From an uncultured bacterium (lineage in GTDB: Bacteria > Chlamydiota > Chlamydiia > Chlamydiales > SM23-39), in NCBI GenBank assembly GCA_963716985.1, contig OY970323.1, positions 1,457,942 through 1,521,941 on the forward strand: 64,000 nt of DNA, read 5' to 3'. This document shows, piece by piece, positions 1 to 8,721 of this stretch; position 1 is the first letter of the stretch; each line of letters starts with the position of its first letter. The translations under genes and the position numbers were made by a program. The notes beneath the pieces are model-generated. The model searched no databases. It had not been told where the DNA came from and worked only from the letters and a program-made list of their open reading frames with translations.

Positions 1-1216
1 TCTCAAGGAGATTAGACTCACCCATTGCATTCCCCTGTTCTGTAATATCTAAACAACGAATCATCTGCTTGATAAACAAACGGATCTCACTTAAAGCGCC
101 CATCTCTTCCTGCTTTTCACACATGCTGGCAATGAGATCATTAGGCACAGAGCGTTCTGCGCTCCAACGGTAAGAGATTTCATGAATTTTTCTTAAAGAC
201 ACCCCCAAATCCACCAGCTCTTGCCGCCTCAATGGGGTCTTGTGCAAGTCCACCAAAGTACTACGGTAATTCAAATCGTCGGAATCTCCAACCGTACGCA
301 CCCGACTCCACAAGGCATCATAAGATTTAAACCCTTTTTCCGATAACAGCACATCGGGGATCAGGGAAAAGAAAAGCTGCAAATACTGGGCATGCTCTGT
401 ATTATCCATTAACAACCGAACATTTTCGTACGCTGCATTTCGAATGGAAGCTCCTTGCGCAAGTACGGTCTCCAACTCATCAAGAAACAAGATAAGCCCT
501 TTATGGTTGGCCATTTTAAGGAAAACGATCAGAGACTGCAAAAATTGCTTACTATTTGTTTTATTGAGCAGTTCAAAGATATGAAACCTCTTGAGGTCTT
601 TCTTAGCGACTTTTTTTCCTTCAAACCATTGGTATAATACTTCTTCGGGGGCCTCCATTTCGGGGGCCTCCATTTCACTTTCACTTTTTTCGTCAGAAGG
701 TGAAGAATGGACTTGCAACAGCCCAATAAGTGCATTGGCAAAGTCAATCCCCAAACCCGGGATTTCACGCAATGAAGTAGAAAGCGCCCCAAGATCTTGT
801 TCGTCTATTTTTTGTTCCTTGATCCAATGTTTGATCGCGGCTCGAATCCCTACTCCCTCAAAATTGCCGCGCAGTTGTGATACAATCTCTTGGTACACAA
901 CTTCGAATTTGTGAATCGGGACATCCCGTGTCAAAACGACAAAAGAAGAGGCAAATTTTTTTTGAAGAGCAAGTTGCTGAATAACGGACATAAAGTGCGT
1001 TTTTCCATCCCCGTAATCTCCGTTGATAAAACGAACCTTTCCTCCTCCATTCGCAATAAAACAATCCAAATCCTCTTCAACAAATTGTAACCAATTTTGG
1101 CGTCCTACAGTGAAAAATGAAACATATTCTGTGGGGACAATTCCTTTTCTTAATCCTTCTATGATCGCTCTTGCTTGAAAAGGTTTGAGTTGTTCGATAT
1201 CTTCTCGCGTAATCAT
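1..1216 (-). CDS. P-loop ATPase of the DUF2791 / BREX BrxD / Shango SngB type; 3' end runs off the window
   Basis: Not in the ORF track because it has no stop in the window. Hand translation from ATG at 1216 (RBS AAAGGA upstream) is open to the edge: MITREDIEQLKPFQARAIIEGLRKGIVP...; Walker A GDYGDGKT, Walker B LILFLDELE, then AYENVRLLMDN. Confidence 0.75.
   Translation of the reverse strand, partial: MITREDIEQLKPFQARAIIEGLRKGIVPTEYVSFFTVGRQNWLQFVEEDLDCFIANGGGKVRFINGDYGDGKTHFMSVIQQLALQKKFASSFVVLTRDVPIHKFEVVYQEIVSQLRGNFEGVGIRAAIKHWIKEQKIDEQDLGALSTSLREIPGLGIDFANALIGLLQVHSSPSDEKSESEMEAPEMEAPEEVLYQWFEGKKVAKKDLKRFHIFELLNKTNSKQFLQSLIVFLKMANHKGLILFLDELETVLAQGASIRNAAYENVRLLMDNTEHAQYLQLFFSLIPDVLLSEKGFKSYDALWSRVRTVGDSDDLNYRSTLVDLHKTPLRRQELVDLGVSLRKIHEISYRWSAERSVPNDLIASMCEKQEEMGALSEIRLFIKQMIRCLDITEQGNAMGESNLLE
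644..673. repeat. Perfect 15-bp tandem duplication (TTCGGGGGCCTCCAT x2) encoding MEAPE-MEAPE in the ATPase
   Basis: Read directly; in frame. Confidence 0.9.
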
Positions 1217-1592
1217 AGCTTATGATCCTTTAATTTTTTACAAATAATACGTGTGTGATTTGTCGTTTTTCACCGCCTTGATCAATCAACCAAAACGATT
1301 TTCCTCGTCCGGAATTCAATCTAATGCGGTACCCACCTTCTGCAGCAGGCACAGGAGACTTGAAAAATCGCCAAAGATCTACGGCAAACTGCTCTATGGA
1401 GTATCCTTTAAATTTCCCTTTATCCATACTTTGAAAAAATGCCTTGCTTTGCAGCGACCATACATAGTCAGTATAAAATTGGTGAATGGGCACCGCATCG
1501 CTCGCTCCACGACCTTCTTTTTTTAAAATCTCTTTGTAACACTGTAATAATGAATCAATAAACGTTTGTGGCTCAAATGCAGTGTCATAAAG

Positions 1593-2977
1593 CTGATCCT
1601 TATACACAAGTCAACATCCACAACCTAAAAGCGCTCCCATTAACATGTCTTGCAATCGTTTATAACCCTTCCAAATTGTTTGCCACCCAGGCTCCCCATC
1701 TGATTTGCGCCCTATAAAACCCCCCATACGAGCCAGAGAACGCCAGAAATCTTTCACCGTTTTCAATTTCACCATCAGATGCCTTTCTATGAGCGTAATC
1801 CAAGGCTTGGGCACTTTTTCCTCGACCGGTGTTTCCGGAGACAACCGACATCGTTCTCTCATCGATAAAAGTTGCGTCGCTATCACCCCAATCATTCCAA
1901 ATAGTGCAAGAATTCGGCTCGCCTGTTTAAGCTGATTATCTTCGATTCGAAAGCCCGTTTTGACCGCCTTATGATAATCCTCTATAAGCCAGCGTCGGCG
2001 GTAGATTCTGACGATTCTTAGGGAGTCTTCTTGATTGTTGACAGGAAGATTCGTAACCAATAGCCATTCTAACCTGGGCCTATCGGGACACCACACTCGA
2101 ATATACGTCACTTCTTCACCTGCTGAACCCCCATTTCCTGGAGGAAACAATTTCGCTTTGACCCAAGTTATTTCCAGTGTCACTTCACCACCAAATTCTT
2201 CGCCTTTTGCTTTCACATACAGCGTGGATGTACACTTGGCTGTCTGTTGACGAATCCATGAAAAAAGACGTGTCTTCTCGCCATCAATCTCGACTTTGCG
2301 ATCATGTCGCGCCCGCACTACACATTTCCACCCCAGCCTATTTGCATTATTCAAAAAATCATAAATATCATTGGCGCGATCGCCAACGCTCACCCAGTTC
2401 TCCTGGGGACGTCCCATTTTCTCTAACGTCCTCAGCCACACCTCAGATTCTTTCGAATCACTCGCCGATTTTTCTTCGGGACGCACCCAAGCCTCCTGGT
2501 AACCAAGTCCCAAAATTTCGGTTTCTTCAGATTCATGATATTTGGCGACCAGGCATGAGTGAAACATGAGTCCATTTCCGTTACTGTCCGCGGTTGGTCC
2601 AAGTCCATGTGTCCATGGATGGGAATTGAACAAAAGCTCTGAACCATCTTGAATAAATAGAACAAGCTGTTCCGACCAGCGCGCCTTTTCTAAGACTTGA
2701 TCGTAATGGGGTTGTTGAAGCGCCTGATGTGTAATTTTAGGATTATTAAAAAAGCGGTAAGTTCCCTGGAGATCTGCCCATTTATCAAAGCGTCCTGCCA
2801 GGGACTCTTCAGGATGTTCTGCGCAACCTATAGCAACGTCAACGGCCCTCTTTTGCAGGCGGGCATCTCCTACATCGATAGTAGAAAATTGTTCATAAAT
2901 CCATTGTTCTTTCATGATACCGCTCCTTTTAAAAAAGGAACAGTATACTAAATTTTAGACTTGTGTGTAAGGATCAG
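1593..2977 (-). mobile_element. IS4-family (IS50/Tn5-like) insertion sequence, 1385 bp
   Basis: 20-bp TIRs CTGATCCTTATACACAAGTC / CTGATCCTTACACACAAGTC (1 mismatch). 9-bp TSD GTCATAAAG at 1584-1592 and 2978-2986. Confidence 0.95.
1611..2915 (-). CDS. IS4/IS50-type DDE transposase, 434 aa
   Basis: Motifs IQDGSEL, VGDRANDIYDF and the YREK signature YRRRWLIEDYHKAVKTG. Confidence 0.93.
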   Translation of the reverse strand: MKEQWIYEQFSTIDVGDARLQKRAVDVAIGCAEHPEESLAGRFDKWADLQGTYRFFNNPKITHQALQQPHYDQVLEKARWSEQLVLFIQDGSELLFNSHPWTHGLGPTADSNGNGLMFHSCLVAKYHESEETEILGLGYQEAWVRPEEKSASDSKESEVWLRTLEKMGRPQENWVSVGDRANDIYDFLNNANRLGWKCVVRARHDRKVEIDGEKTRLFSWIRQQTAKCTSTLYVKAKGEEFGGEVTLEITWVKAKLFPPGNGGSAGEEVTYIRVWCPDRPRLEWLLVTNLPVNNQEDSLRIVRIYRRRWLIEDYHKAVKTGFRIEDNQLKQASRILALFGMIGVIATQLLSMRERCRLSPETPVEEKVPKPWITLIERHLMVKLKTVKDFWRSLARMGGFIGRKSDGEPGWQTIWKGYKRLQDMLMGALLGCGC

Positions 2978-3450
2978 GTCATAAAGATTACGTTTTAATT
3001 TAACAGCTATTGAAATAATCCGTTTTGGATCCATCGACCTTAGAGTGATCTGATTGATGGTTGTACTTCTGGTTGAGAAATCCAAGGATCCTTCGATTCC
3101 TTTTAATACGGAAAATCGCGGAAAATCCACTTCCAAAGGAAGGCCGGCTTCCTGTGCTAGCTGGAGCAAAGTGTCTTTAAATTTTACCCGATAATTATCT
3201 ACCTGAGTCTCTGCAAATTTTCGCAGTTGGTTAAAAATAGAGTCGCATGATTGAAAGTGAGAATCTTCCAGAACGTCATGAACCTGCTTGCTTCTTAAAA
3301 GTTCGTCTAGTTGAAAAAAATCATTTTTTTCAATGCATCGGACGCATTTTGCTAGAAAATCAGATTTTTTTTGACGCTGATTTTGCTCTTGTTGATAGGG
3401 TTTGATGATTCCTTGCAATTGGTCTTTAAAACATTCTACTTCTTTCGGCT

Positions 3451-3743
3451 CTAACTGTTCCATGAAAAGGCTCTCTTTTTTAAGGTTTCGGTTATGCTGA
3501 GAGTTTGTAGCTGTTGTTCTGCTTTTTCTGCATCGATGAAGCCGACTAGCCACGCGCGGACGTCGTTCGAATCAGATGGCGTTTGCTCTAATGAAGGACT
3601 CGGGCTTGACGCCGCCTCAATCAGATCGTGCACACGCAAAAAGTCTGTCAAGCGACCGGGGCCGGACAACGCAATTCGTCCATTTCTTTGTCAGCCAGAC
3701 AGTGGTCGACAACTTGAAACTCATCATATTGATATTCGCTCAT
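3451..3743 (-). pseudogene. Internally deleted, frameshifted remnant of a conserved hypothetical gene (N-terminus MSEYQYDEFQVVDHCLADKEMDELR)
   Basis: ATG at 3743. After ~26 codons a frame change leads to LTDFLRVHDLIEAAS...VRAWL. It resembles a widespread MSEYQYYEF-start family from memory only. Confidence 0.45.
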
Positions 3744-4011
3744 AAAAAATCTCATTTTTATGGAAAAAAAATTATAGCGAGAAGGATGATTTCAATCCAT
3801 AGCCATTTTCATCATTTCCGCATTCGCTACCCAATTGTTGCGCTCAAGCCGCTTTGTTTTTTTCGAAAAACCTCTGAGCTGCTGTAGTGCCATCCCCTTG
3901 ACGAGCCACGAAAGAGTTCCTTCAATGACAATTCTTTGGTTGTTGTCCCTGCTCGCTGCAAATCCTGAATAAGCACCGGATCGTTTTTGGCATGTTGAAA
4001 ACTTCTTCATG

Positions 4012-5325
4012 CTAAAAATCCTTTACTTGGAAAAGAGCCGCCTCTTTTTCGAGAAAAGACGGGATCTCAATGTGCAAGAGGACGTGATTTTCCTCATCGT
4101 AATCGCAGGAGATCACCCTGCCTTGGCTCATGAGTTGGGATACGAGGGCATAATGGCTCTGGGGTATTTTGAGCTTCACCTCTTTTCGCAAAAGCGAAAT
4201 CTCCTCAATCATGAGCGCAAAAAGCTGATCAAACCCCTCTTTTGTCAAAGCAGAAATTTCGATCGTTTTTGGATAGTGAAGACGAAAAAAAAGAAGAGAT
4301 GTTCGATCCACACAAAGATCCACCTTGTTGAGGCAGGTAATGATCGGACGGTCTTTCATGGGGCCCAGCTCGGATAAGACCTTCATGGTCGATTCGGCCT
4401 GCTCCTTTGCTTGGCGGTGGCTCACGTCAATGAGATGGATCAAAATATCTGCTTCAAGAGCCTCTTCCAAAGTGCTTTTAAAAGCCGCCACAAGAGAATG
4501 GGGAATCTTTTGAATAAAACCCACCGTATCGATGAGGAGGATTTCCTGCTTATTGGGAAGAGAAAATTTACGCGTCGTGGTATCAAGCGTTGCAAAAAGC
4601 TTGTTCTCCACTAAGACATCTGCGTGGGTGAGAGCATTTAAAAGAGTGGATTTTCCCACATTGGTATAGCCAATGATTGCGAATGTAGGAATCTGCTGTC
4701 TTTTGCGCTTGCTTTTTTGCACCTCTCGATGCTTTTTGACCTCTTCGAGCTCTTTTTGAAGCTCGGCAATTTTTCTCTTCACAATGCGCTTGTCAATTTC
4801 AATCTGCTTCTCGCCCTCTCCTTTGAGCTGCCCGCCCTTCCCTCCTCCCGTTTTCTGACGACTCAAGTGAGTCCAAAGCCTCGTCAGTCGAGGAAGCTGA
4901 TACCGGCACTGGGCAAGCTCTACCTGGATCTTGGCCTCTCGCGTTCGGGCCCTTTGGGCAAAAACACCCAGGATCAGCTCCGTTCGATCGATCACCGACC
5001 TGCCCAAAATTTTTTCCAAATTGCGCTGCTGGTGGGGATAAATCTCCTCGTCAAAAATCACGACATCGGCCAAAAGCTCTTCGCCAAAAGATCCGATCTC
5101 TTTGCATTTTCCTTTGCCAAGATAGGTGGAAGATTCAAAATGATGGAGAGGGACCGGAATTTTTTTCACCACTTCCAGACCATAGGTATCGCAAAGAGCT
5201 GCGAGCTCATGCAAACTCTCTTCGCAAACCTCTTTTTCTTTCGAAGAGAAAAAAACCCCCACCAGAATGGCCCTGTTTTTCTTTTCGTCGAGATGATGGA
5301 GGCGCCCCTTTGGACTTTTCGTCAT
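4012..5325 (-). CDS. hflX: Ribosome-splitting GTPase HflX
   Basis: GYTNVGKSTLLN, LFATLDTTTR, DTVGFI, NKVD motifs. Confidence 0.96.
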   Translation of the reverse strand: MTKSPKGRLHHLDEKKNRAILVGVFFSSKEKEVCEESLHELAALCDTYGLEVVKKIPVPLHHFESSTYLGKGKCKEIGSFGEELLADVVIFDEEIYPHQQRNLEKILGRSVIDRTELILGVFAQRARTREAKIQVELAQCRYQLPRLTRLWTHLSRQKTGGGKGGQLKGEGEKQIEIDKRIVKRKIAELQKELEEVKKHREVQKSKRKRQQIPTFAIIGYTNVGKSTLLNALTHADVLVENKLFATLDTTTRKFSLPNKQEILLIDTVGFIQKIPHSLVAAFKSTLEEALEADILIHLIDVSHRQAKEQAESTMKVLSELGPMKDRPIITCLNKVDLCVDRTSLLFFRLHYPKTIEISALTKEGFDQLFALMIEEISLLRKEVKLKIPQSHYALVSQLMSQGRVISCDYDEENHVLLHIEIPSFLEKEAALFQVKDF

Positions 5326-5328
5326 AGA

Positions 5329-6102
5329 TCACTCATAGGTAAAAGAAAGTTCTAACCCATCATAGGCCAAAAAATACCGCTCAGGTAGAGCCTTGCTTAG
5401 CGCATCATGATCAATCTCATGCGAAAGATGGGTAAAATAGACCTTTTTAGCGCCCACTTTTTTTGCAATATGCATCATCTCTTCAAGGCCCAAATGCTGC
5501 GCTGTTGTCTGATGACGAAGAACGCTCAATACAAGCGTATCGACACCGGTTAAATGCTCAATCATTTTTTCTTCATATTGGCCCATGTCGGTCAGATAGG
5601 CAAAATCCCCGATTCGATATCCCGTCACCTGCACCTCCCCTTGATAATAGGTAAGATAGGAAAGATCTACCCCCTCAAATCGAACATCCCCAAACTTCCC
5701 CTTCGTTTCCCTCAAGTCAAAATAGGGAGCTGCATGCTTCCCCTTGAATAGGTAGAGAAAGCGCCGCATCACCTCTTTTTTCGTTTTTCGAGAAAGAAGA
5801 CAGGGCAAGCTTTTTTGATGCGCGTAATAAAGAGACCTCATCTCCTCTAATCCCGCAATGTGGTCTGCATGAAGATGGGTCAAGAGAATTCCGTCGAGCC
5901 GATCGATCGAAAATTTTAATGCCTGCGCGCGAAAATCAGGGCCCGCATCGATCAGAAATTGTTGCTCTTGAAGCCTGAGAAGTCCCGATGAGCGCAGCCG
6001 TTTGTTATGAGGGGAAGAAGAGGTGCATACTGAGCATTTGCACGCAAGAAGAGGAACGCCAAGAGAAGACCCCGTTCCCAAAAATAAAAAACGCCCTTTC
6101 AT
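5329..6102 (-). CDS. MBL-fold metallo-hydrolase (PhnP-like)
   Basis: FLGTGSSLGVP, IDAGPD, THLHADH. Start moved to MKGRF at 6102, which forms a TGATG overlap with the upstream gene. Confidence 0.88.
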   Translation of the reverse strand: MKGRFLFLGTGSSLGVPLLACKCSVCTSSSPHNKRLRSSGLLRLQEQQFLIDAGPDFRAQALKFSIDRLDGILLTHLHADHIAGLEEMRSLYYAHQKSLPCLLSRKTKKEVMRRFLYLFKGKHAAPYFDLRETKGKFGDVRFEGVDLSYLTYYQGEVQVTGYRIGDFAYLTDMGQYEEKMIEHLTGVDTLVLSVLRHQTTAQHLGLEEMMHIAKKVGAKKVYFTHLSHEIDHDALSKALPERYFLAYDGLELSFTYE

Positions 6103-6923
6103 CAAGATTCTTTTCGTTTGATTTCGAGAAGATTGTAACTCTCCGCTGCAAAGTTGAAAAAGAAAACAATTGCAGGGGTTAAACAGGCGCAAAAAGGAAG
6201 CATGATAAAAAACCATTGCAAGGCCAATGACAGGGTTGCCTGCGCAACAAGATAATGAAGTTCGGTCAAAATCGCCGCCAAAGAAAGGAGCCCTACGACA
6301 AACGCAGTTGGGAAAACAGCGACAACAAAGAAAAGCAGATTCGAAAAGAGCCTGGTGCGAAATCTTCGAATCAACCCTAAATCAAAATGCAATTTTTCCA
6401 CGGGCCTCAAACCAACGGCCGGACTGACAAAGAAAAGCAAAAAGAGGTTCACTAAAACCAGCAAAAGAGAGCTCAAAATGATCAAAAAGGGAGCAAAGGT
6501 CACAATCACTCCTATAAAAGGTCCGATTTGAGGAATTTCTTTTAAAAAAACAAAAATGCCGAAAATGACCCATAAAAAAAGATAGATCAAAATGGGGGGG
6601 ACCGAAAGGTAGGATGTGCCGATGATCAATCGCCAAGAATGTTTTAAAATTTCCCGATACCTTCCTTTCAACCCTTTGACCTCATGGTAATAAATGCGAA
6701 TCAAAAAAACACCTAAGGAAAGGAGGATTCCCGAAGAGAGAAAAATCGGCAAAAAAATGAGGCTCATTGCCACCCAGCCCATGGCATCCAAAGCAAGGGC
6801 CCTGCAAAAGACAACAAGGATCCCGCAAAGAACTAAAACAGGAAAGACAAGAAATAGTTTTTTTCTCGAAAAAGAAAGAAAGAAAGCACGGTTAAAGCAG
6901 GTTTCTAAATCGTCCCATCGCAT
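6102..6923 (-). CDS. Polytopic membrane protein, 273 aa, unknown function
   Basis: About six hydrophobic segments; translationally coupled to the MBL gene. Confidence 0.75.
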   Translation of the reverse strand: MRWDDLETCFNRAFFLSFSRKKLFLVFPVLVLCGILVVFCRALALDAMGWVAMSLIFLPIFLSSGILLSLGVFLIRIYYHEVKGLKGRYREILKHSWRLIIGTSYLSVPPILIYLFLWVIFGIFVFLKEIPQIGPFIGVIVTFAPFLIILSSLLLVLVNLFLLFFVSPAVGLRPVEKLHFDLGLIRRFRTRLFSNLLFFVVAVFPTAFVVGLLSLAAILTELHYLVAQATLSLALQWFFIMLPFCACLTPAIVFFFNFAAESYNLLEIKRKES

Positions 6924-7004
6924 AAAGGCGCCTCGTGGTCTTAAAACAATTTGAAGATACTCCTCTCATGAGGAAAAGACAATGAGAAAAATCGATCGAT
7001 CGCT

Positions 7005-7508
7005 TTATCTTTTTACTTCTCGTATCTTCCCCAAAAAACAAAAAAACTTTCCTAAAAATATTCCCGAGATCGTTCCCGAAATCAAAAGATCGCTGCCAAA
7101 AATCAACAAGCGATCTTTTGCGCCCACTGCCACAGCGTGCAGATATCCAAAAGAATATTTTGATAGAAAAAGCAAAAGGGACAAAACAAGAACCGACCAT
7201 GTTCCCGGAATGGTGATGCGTTTTTTCTGACGGTCGATCGCGAGATGAAGCGGCCGGTGGAGCTTCCAGCCGATCGACGTTCCCAAAGCGATGGCAAAAA
7301 GCCAAACGCTCAACGTAGAAAAGGAAATGCCATATTTCTCAAGCAAATATCCAAAAGACCAGGTAAGAAAAAGGAAGGGAAGCAAAAGCAGCCTCTGAAA
7401 AGAAACCGCCCTGGATTTTCTAGATCTGATCCCAAGATAAACGCAGCAAAGAAAGATCAAATAGACCCAGAGAGGCGTCGATTGAAAGACTGTATAAAAA
7501 TAGCGCAT
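7005..7508 (-). CDS. Small membrane protein (DUF6622/CcdC-like)
   Basis: TPLWVYLIF start, several TM segments, PGTWSVLVL motif; starts 1 nt after the preceding stop. Confidence 0.6.
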   Translation of the reverse strand: MRYFYTVFQSTPLWVYLIFLCCVYLGIRSRKSRAVSFQRLLLLPFLFLTWSFGYLLEKYGISFSTLSVWLFAIALGTSIGWKLHRPLHLAIDRQKKRITIPGTWSVLVLSLLLFLSKYSFGYLHAVAVGAKDRLLIFGSDLLISGTISGIFLGKFFCFLGKIREVKR

Positions 7509-7509
7509 C

Positions 7510-8661
7510 TCACCTCAAGCGATAGAAATAATGGGGATGGACAAGATTCAATCGATCGCGATGGGTTGTTTCATGCAGAATTTGAATCACTATCCCCACA
7601 GATCTAGCCATGGCAAATAGCAACGGATAATAGCGGGCTTGGGTAAATCCGACCGCCTGCAACAAGGCTCCCGATATCGCATGCACGTTGGCAAACGGGC
7701 GGGAGATGTTGGGAAAAAAAGCAGATAAAACTCTAGGAGCTTCATAGCGCAAATGAAGAGCGATTTTGACCAGAGGATGGTCGGAATAATGATTCCTTGC
7801 AAAATGATAAAGAAGAGTCGCCCTTGTGTCTTCCACGCAAAGAGAGGGATGTCCAAAACCATAAAGCAGTTCTTTTTTTTCGAGCTTTGCAATCAAAATC
7901 CTTTCAACATCCTCCCTCGCCAAGACGCCCTGCGTCTGTTCTTCAATCTGCTGGAGTAGGTCCAGCCCTCCGAGACAGGAAGATCCCGCAAGATTCCCTG
8001 AAAATGCAACCATTGCAGCAGATAGGCTTTTATAAAGATCCACATGGGCGGAAGCAACGCTCTTGCCCACAAAAGCATCGATCGCGCCTCCTTCATCATC
8101 ATAAAAAAGAATTTGCAATAGCGGAAAAAGTTCTGAAAACTTTTCTTTTTGTTTGGAAGAAAGCGGAAGCATTTCGATAAAATTTTCAAGAACGCCAAGA
8201 TCATTTTGCATTTCCGATAACGCAGACCCACCCTCATACAAATGGACCAAGTGAGCAATGATTTGGGGAAGTTTTGCAATGATGTTCAAGCAGTCTTCTT
8301 TAGGGTCATTTTTGTTTTCGAAAGAGCCAAGCAGCAGCAGGGCCATAGAAAAAGAAGAAAGAGGGTCCACCCTTGTCGTTAATTTTTTCAATTCCGTCAA
8401 AAACTCTTCGGACAAAGCCGCCCTCTTTTCGATTTCTGCTGCAAAAAAACGCGCTTCTGCTTCGCTCGGCTCCCGCCCATGCAAAAGAAGATAAACCACT
8501 TCCATAGGATTTCGTAAAATGAGCTCAAAAAGAGATCTTCCCACATAGAACACGCCTTTTTCGGGATCGACGTAAGAAGTAGAAGAATATCCCACCGGGA
8601 TATCTCTTAATCCTTTTTGCAGATGCTCCTTGGTAATCTCGAAGATCACGCTATCTCTCAT
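7510..8661 (-). CDS. Citrate-synthase-fold protein with degenerate active site
   Basis: Overall citrate synthase layout (STSYVDPEKG, YGFGH, VEDTR, NVxAISG, FAMARSVG), but key catalytic motifs are altered. Confidence 0.8.
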   Translation of the reverse strand: MRDSVIFEITKEHLQKGLRDIPVGYSSTSYVDPEKGVFYVGRSLFELILRNPMEVVYLLLHGREPSEAEARFFAAEIEKRAALSEEFLTELKKLTTRVDPLSSFSMALLLLGSFENKNDPKEDCLNIIAKLPQIIAHLVHLYEGGSALSEMQNDLGVLENFIEMLPLSSKQKEKFSELFPLLQILFYDDEGGAIDAFVGKSVASAHVDLYKSLSAAMVAFSGNLAGSSCLGGLDLLQQIEEQTQGVLAREDVERILIAKLEKKELLYGFGHPSLCVEDTRATLLYHFARNHYSDHPLVKIALHLRYEAPRVLSAFFPNISRPFANVHAISGALLQAVGFTQARYYPLLFAMARSVGIVIQILHETTHRDRLNLVHPHYFYRLR

Positions 8662-8721
8662 ACGCAGACTCCCTGTTTTACTTCTTAAATAATGCTTTAG
8701 AAAAAAATTGTCGATTGAATT

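Larger units (their letters stand above)
1230..3463 (-). pseudogene. Uncharacterised ~279-aa protein gene upstream of the ATPase, split by an IS50-like element
   Basis: Removing 1593-2977 and one 9-bp duplicate joins ...KRNLYD (ends 2978) to TAFEPQTF... (from 1583) in frame. ATG at 3463, stop at 1230, 14 nt before the ATPase start. Confidence 0.85.

Noticed and set aside
4717-5355. Long antisense ORFs over hflX, pyk, lpxL and uvrA (e.g. 4717-5355, 54102-54767, 57938-58645, 59369-59986)
   Set aside because: Shadow ORFs opposite well-supported genes.
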